Assembly (NCBI GenBank): GCA_050575255.1
Contig: JBNZDD010013574.1
Location: 1,193,301-1,257,300, forward strand
Length of the DNA stretch: 64,000 nt
Direction: 5' to 3'
Origin: Harriotta raleighana
Taxonomy: Eukaryota
Shown: positions 62,342 to 64,000 of the stretch, piece after piece
Layout: every line of letters starts with the position of its first letter
Position numbering within the stretch: position 1 is the first letter of the stretch
Notes under the pieces: model-generated
What the model saw: the letters and a program-made list of their open reading frames with translations, nothing else
The model's database searches: none
Told to the model about the DNA's origin: nothing
Program-made: the position numbers and the translations under genes

Positions 62342-62429
62342 GTAACATTCTTGCGACCTTTTAATCTGGAAAATCGTTGCAAATCAGCGTCGCGAAAAAG
62401 TAATGCAAACAGTAAATTGGCATACTGAA

Positions 62430-62612
62430 TATTATATCCAGGGGGATTGTTGGCTTTGAGACTGGGATGAAAATACTGTATACTTCTCAAATGGTGTCAT
62501 AGGATATTTAACTTCCACCTGAGCAGGCCAGACAGGACCTCGAGTTAACATCTCACCCGTTAACATCACCCAGCATTGGGTTGGGAGTGCCAGCCCAGAG
62601 TATGAGCTCAAA
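62430..62612 (-). mobile_element. Deu-domain fragment (DeuSINE/SacSINE-like)
   Basis: rc reads ttgagctcatactctgggctggcactccca...gagatgttaactcgaggtcctgtctggcctgctcaggtggaagttaaatatcctatgacaccatttgagaag, matching my recollection of the Deu-domain core. Confidence 0.6.
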
Positions 62613-62882
62613 ACACCCCCTTCTGTTCTGTGCTGGTGAGCTCGTGTCTGATCAAAGGTTGTGTTCGGTTCAGTGCTCCTTCAATGCATCGGTTCCTCAG
62701 ATGTTTCTGAAGCTGAGTCGCCCGGGGGGGGGGTGCAGGTAGGCAGGCGTTGGCGGAAAAACCAGACTGGATCCTCAGTGAGATACGCCTTTGTCAGCTG
62801 TCGAACGATCGCTGTCTCTGACCCGCGTAATTAATCATTTTTTTAAAAAAAAGAAGGTTCTTATGTCTTCTCTCCTCTTCAG

Positions 62883-63099
62883 ATGGTCTAACGGATTGCA
62901 TGGACCCGGACTGCTGCAGGCAAACCATTTGTTACACAGGCCAGCTATGCCAAGGCTCCCCCGACCCTCTCGACTTGATCCAGCAAAGCCAAGTGCCCTT
63001 TACCGTCCACCCCCCAAGGCTCTTTTACGATAGAATCAAGTTCCTGGTGGGAAAGGAAAACACTCACGTGGTCCCGAGTGACGGTCTCTTTGACAGCAG
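62883..63099 (+). CDS. TENM1: Teneurin-1 exon, Cys-rich region (DGLTDCMDPDCC...LFYDRIKFLVGKENTHVVPSDGLFDS(R))
   Basis: cctcttcag| ... CAG|gtaatt; 217 nt, phase 1 to 2. DGLTDCMDPDCC and FYDRIKFL motifs. Confidence 0.96.
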
Positions 63100-63349
63100 G
63101 TAATTTTACCTCCCGTTATTTTCCTTCCCAGCGAAAACATGTGCGAGACGCTGCCGTGCACAATTGGCTGCCACAAAAAATAAAGACAATTTACTTCACA
63201 GTATAGTGAGGGAAGCGCTTTGAGGCGTCTTGAAGACGTGAAAAGCACTATATCACATGCAAGGATCATCATTATTATTATGATTATATCTCCCCCAGTT
63301 CCCTTGCCTCTTTGGCTGCCTTCACTTGCCACTGAGACTCATTCGACNC

Positions 63350-63688
63350 CCCCCCCCCCCCCCACCCCACCTCTCCGACCTCCTCTCTCCTCAAACCGGC
63401 ACCCGTTGCCTTCGCTCCACCGTGTCTGGCCTCCTCCGTGTCGCCCGAGTCCTCCGCCCCACCCTTGGCGGCCGTGCCTTCAGCCACTACGCCCCGAGGC
63501 TCTGGAATTCCCTTCCTCACTCCCTTCGGCTCGACCCCTCCCTTCCCAGTTTCAGGTCCCAGCTAAAGACCTTTCTCTTCGGCCGCGCCTTTGGTCACCT
63601 TTCTACCCCTGCCCCCGGCTCGGTCCGGGGACTGTTATGAAGCGCTCTGAGATGCAGGGAGCTATATAAGTCTCAGTTGTCGTTGTTA
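63350..63688 (+). mobile_element. L2 LINE 3' fragment
   Basis: HLSDLL...LRS...PTLGGRAFSHYAPRLWNSLPHSLRL...SQLKTFLFGRAF. Confidence 0.85.
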
Positions 63689-64000
63689 CTGTATTCCATA
63701 GCCACCGTCGCACGTTCCGAGCTGGGGCAGGATTGTTAGCGAACGGGAGCTTTGTGCGGTTGGCAAAGGCGCTTGCTCCCGACGAGATTAGAGCCTAGAG
63801 AGAAAGAGAAACACTCGACTTGGGAGTTAAATACAGCCAAGCACCACATCTCGTTGGGTCTGTTTCAGATCGATGCGTACTTGATGCATCCACGGTTCTG
63901 TTCAGAATGTAGAACTCTAAATCGCTGTTCACAAGCCTTCATCCCACTAGAAAATGCAATTCCACTCTCACGCTATTTTGCTATTTATCAGGACCTGGGC

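Noticed and set aside
1-64000. Most ORFs in the six-frame track, and any prokaryotic system (operon, CRISPR array, defence island)
   Set aside because: The ORFs are short, low-complexity translations of SINEs, LINE remnants and microsatellites, or read-throughs around true exons. The recurring repeats are dispersed and in both orientations, not regularly spaced with unique spacers.

Overview
This is eukaryotic (vertebrate) genomic DNA, not prokaryotic. The whole window lies inside a + strand teneurin gene, best matching teneurin-1 (TENM1). I traced 11 constitutive coding exons (7850-63099), all with GT-AG boundaries and compatible phases. They encode the C-terminal part of the intracellular domain (poly-Pro, NSNIPLETR), the type II transmembrane helix, the extracellular linker, all 8 EGF repeats and the Cys-rich region; the gene start and end lie outside the window. 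Two elements missed by the ORF track stand out. (1) A 27-nt in-frame microexon (51176-51202, AQHLDNVVK) between EGF7 and EGF8, with an upstream UGC and a downstream (TCAT)6 cluster. (2) A candidate alternative exon (ATG 17985, donor after 18046, MERPCKYSRQSIEALERLIDR) that splices in frame to the TM exon and is bracketed by a 44-bp, 41/44 inverted repeat found only here in the window. Introns hold roughly 25-30 copies or fragments of a tRNA-headed, Deu-domain-like, L2-tailed SINE, plus L2 and CR1 LINE 3' fragments, a Tc1/pogo-type MITE and microsatellites. The repeat types suggest a cartilaginous fish, possibly a holocephalan (inference from recalled repeat families). Many near-identical duplications adjoin single 'n' bases, including a 2.3-kb tandem copy, and look like uncollapsed haplotypes. 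Almost all ORFs in the supplied track are spurious. Repeat boundaries are approximate; exon boundaries were counted base by base.
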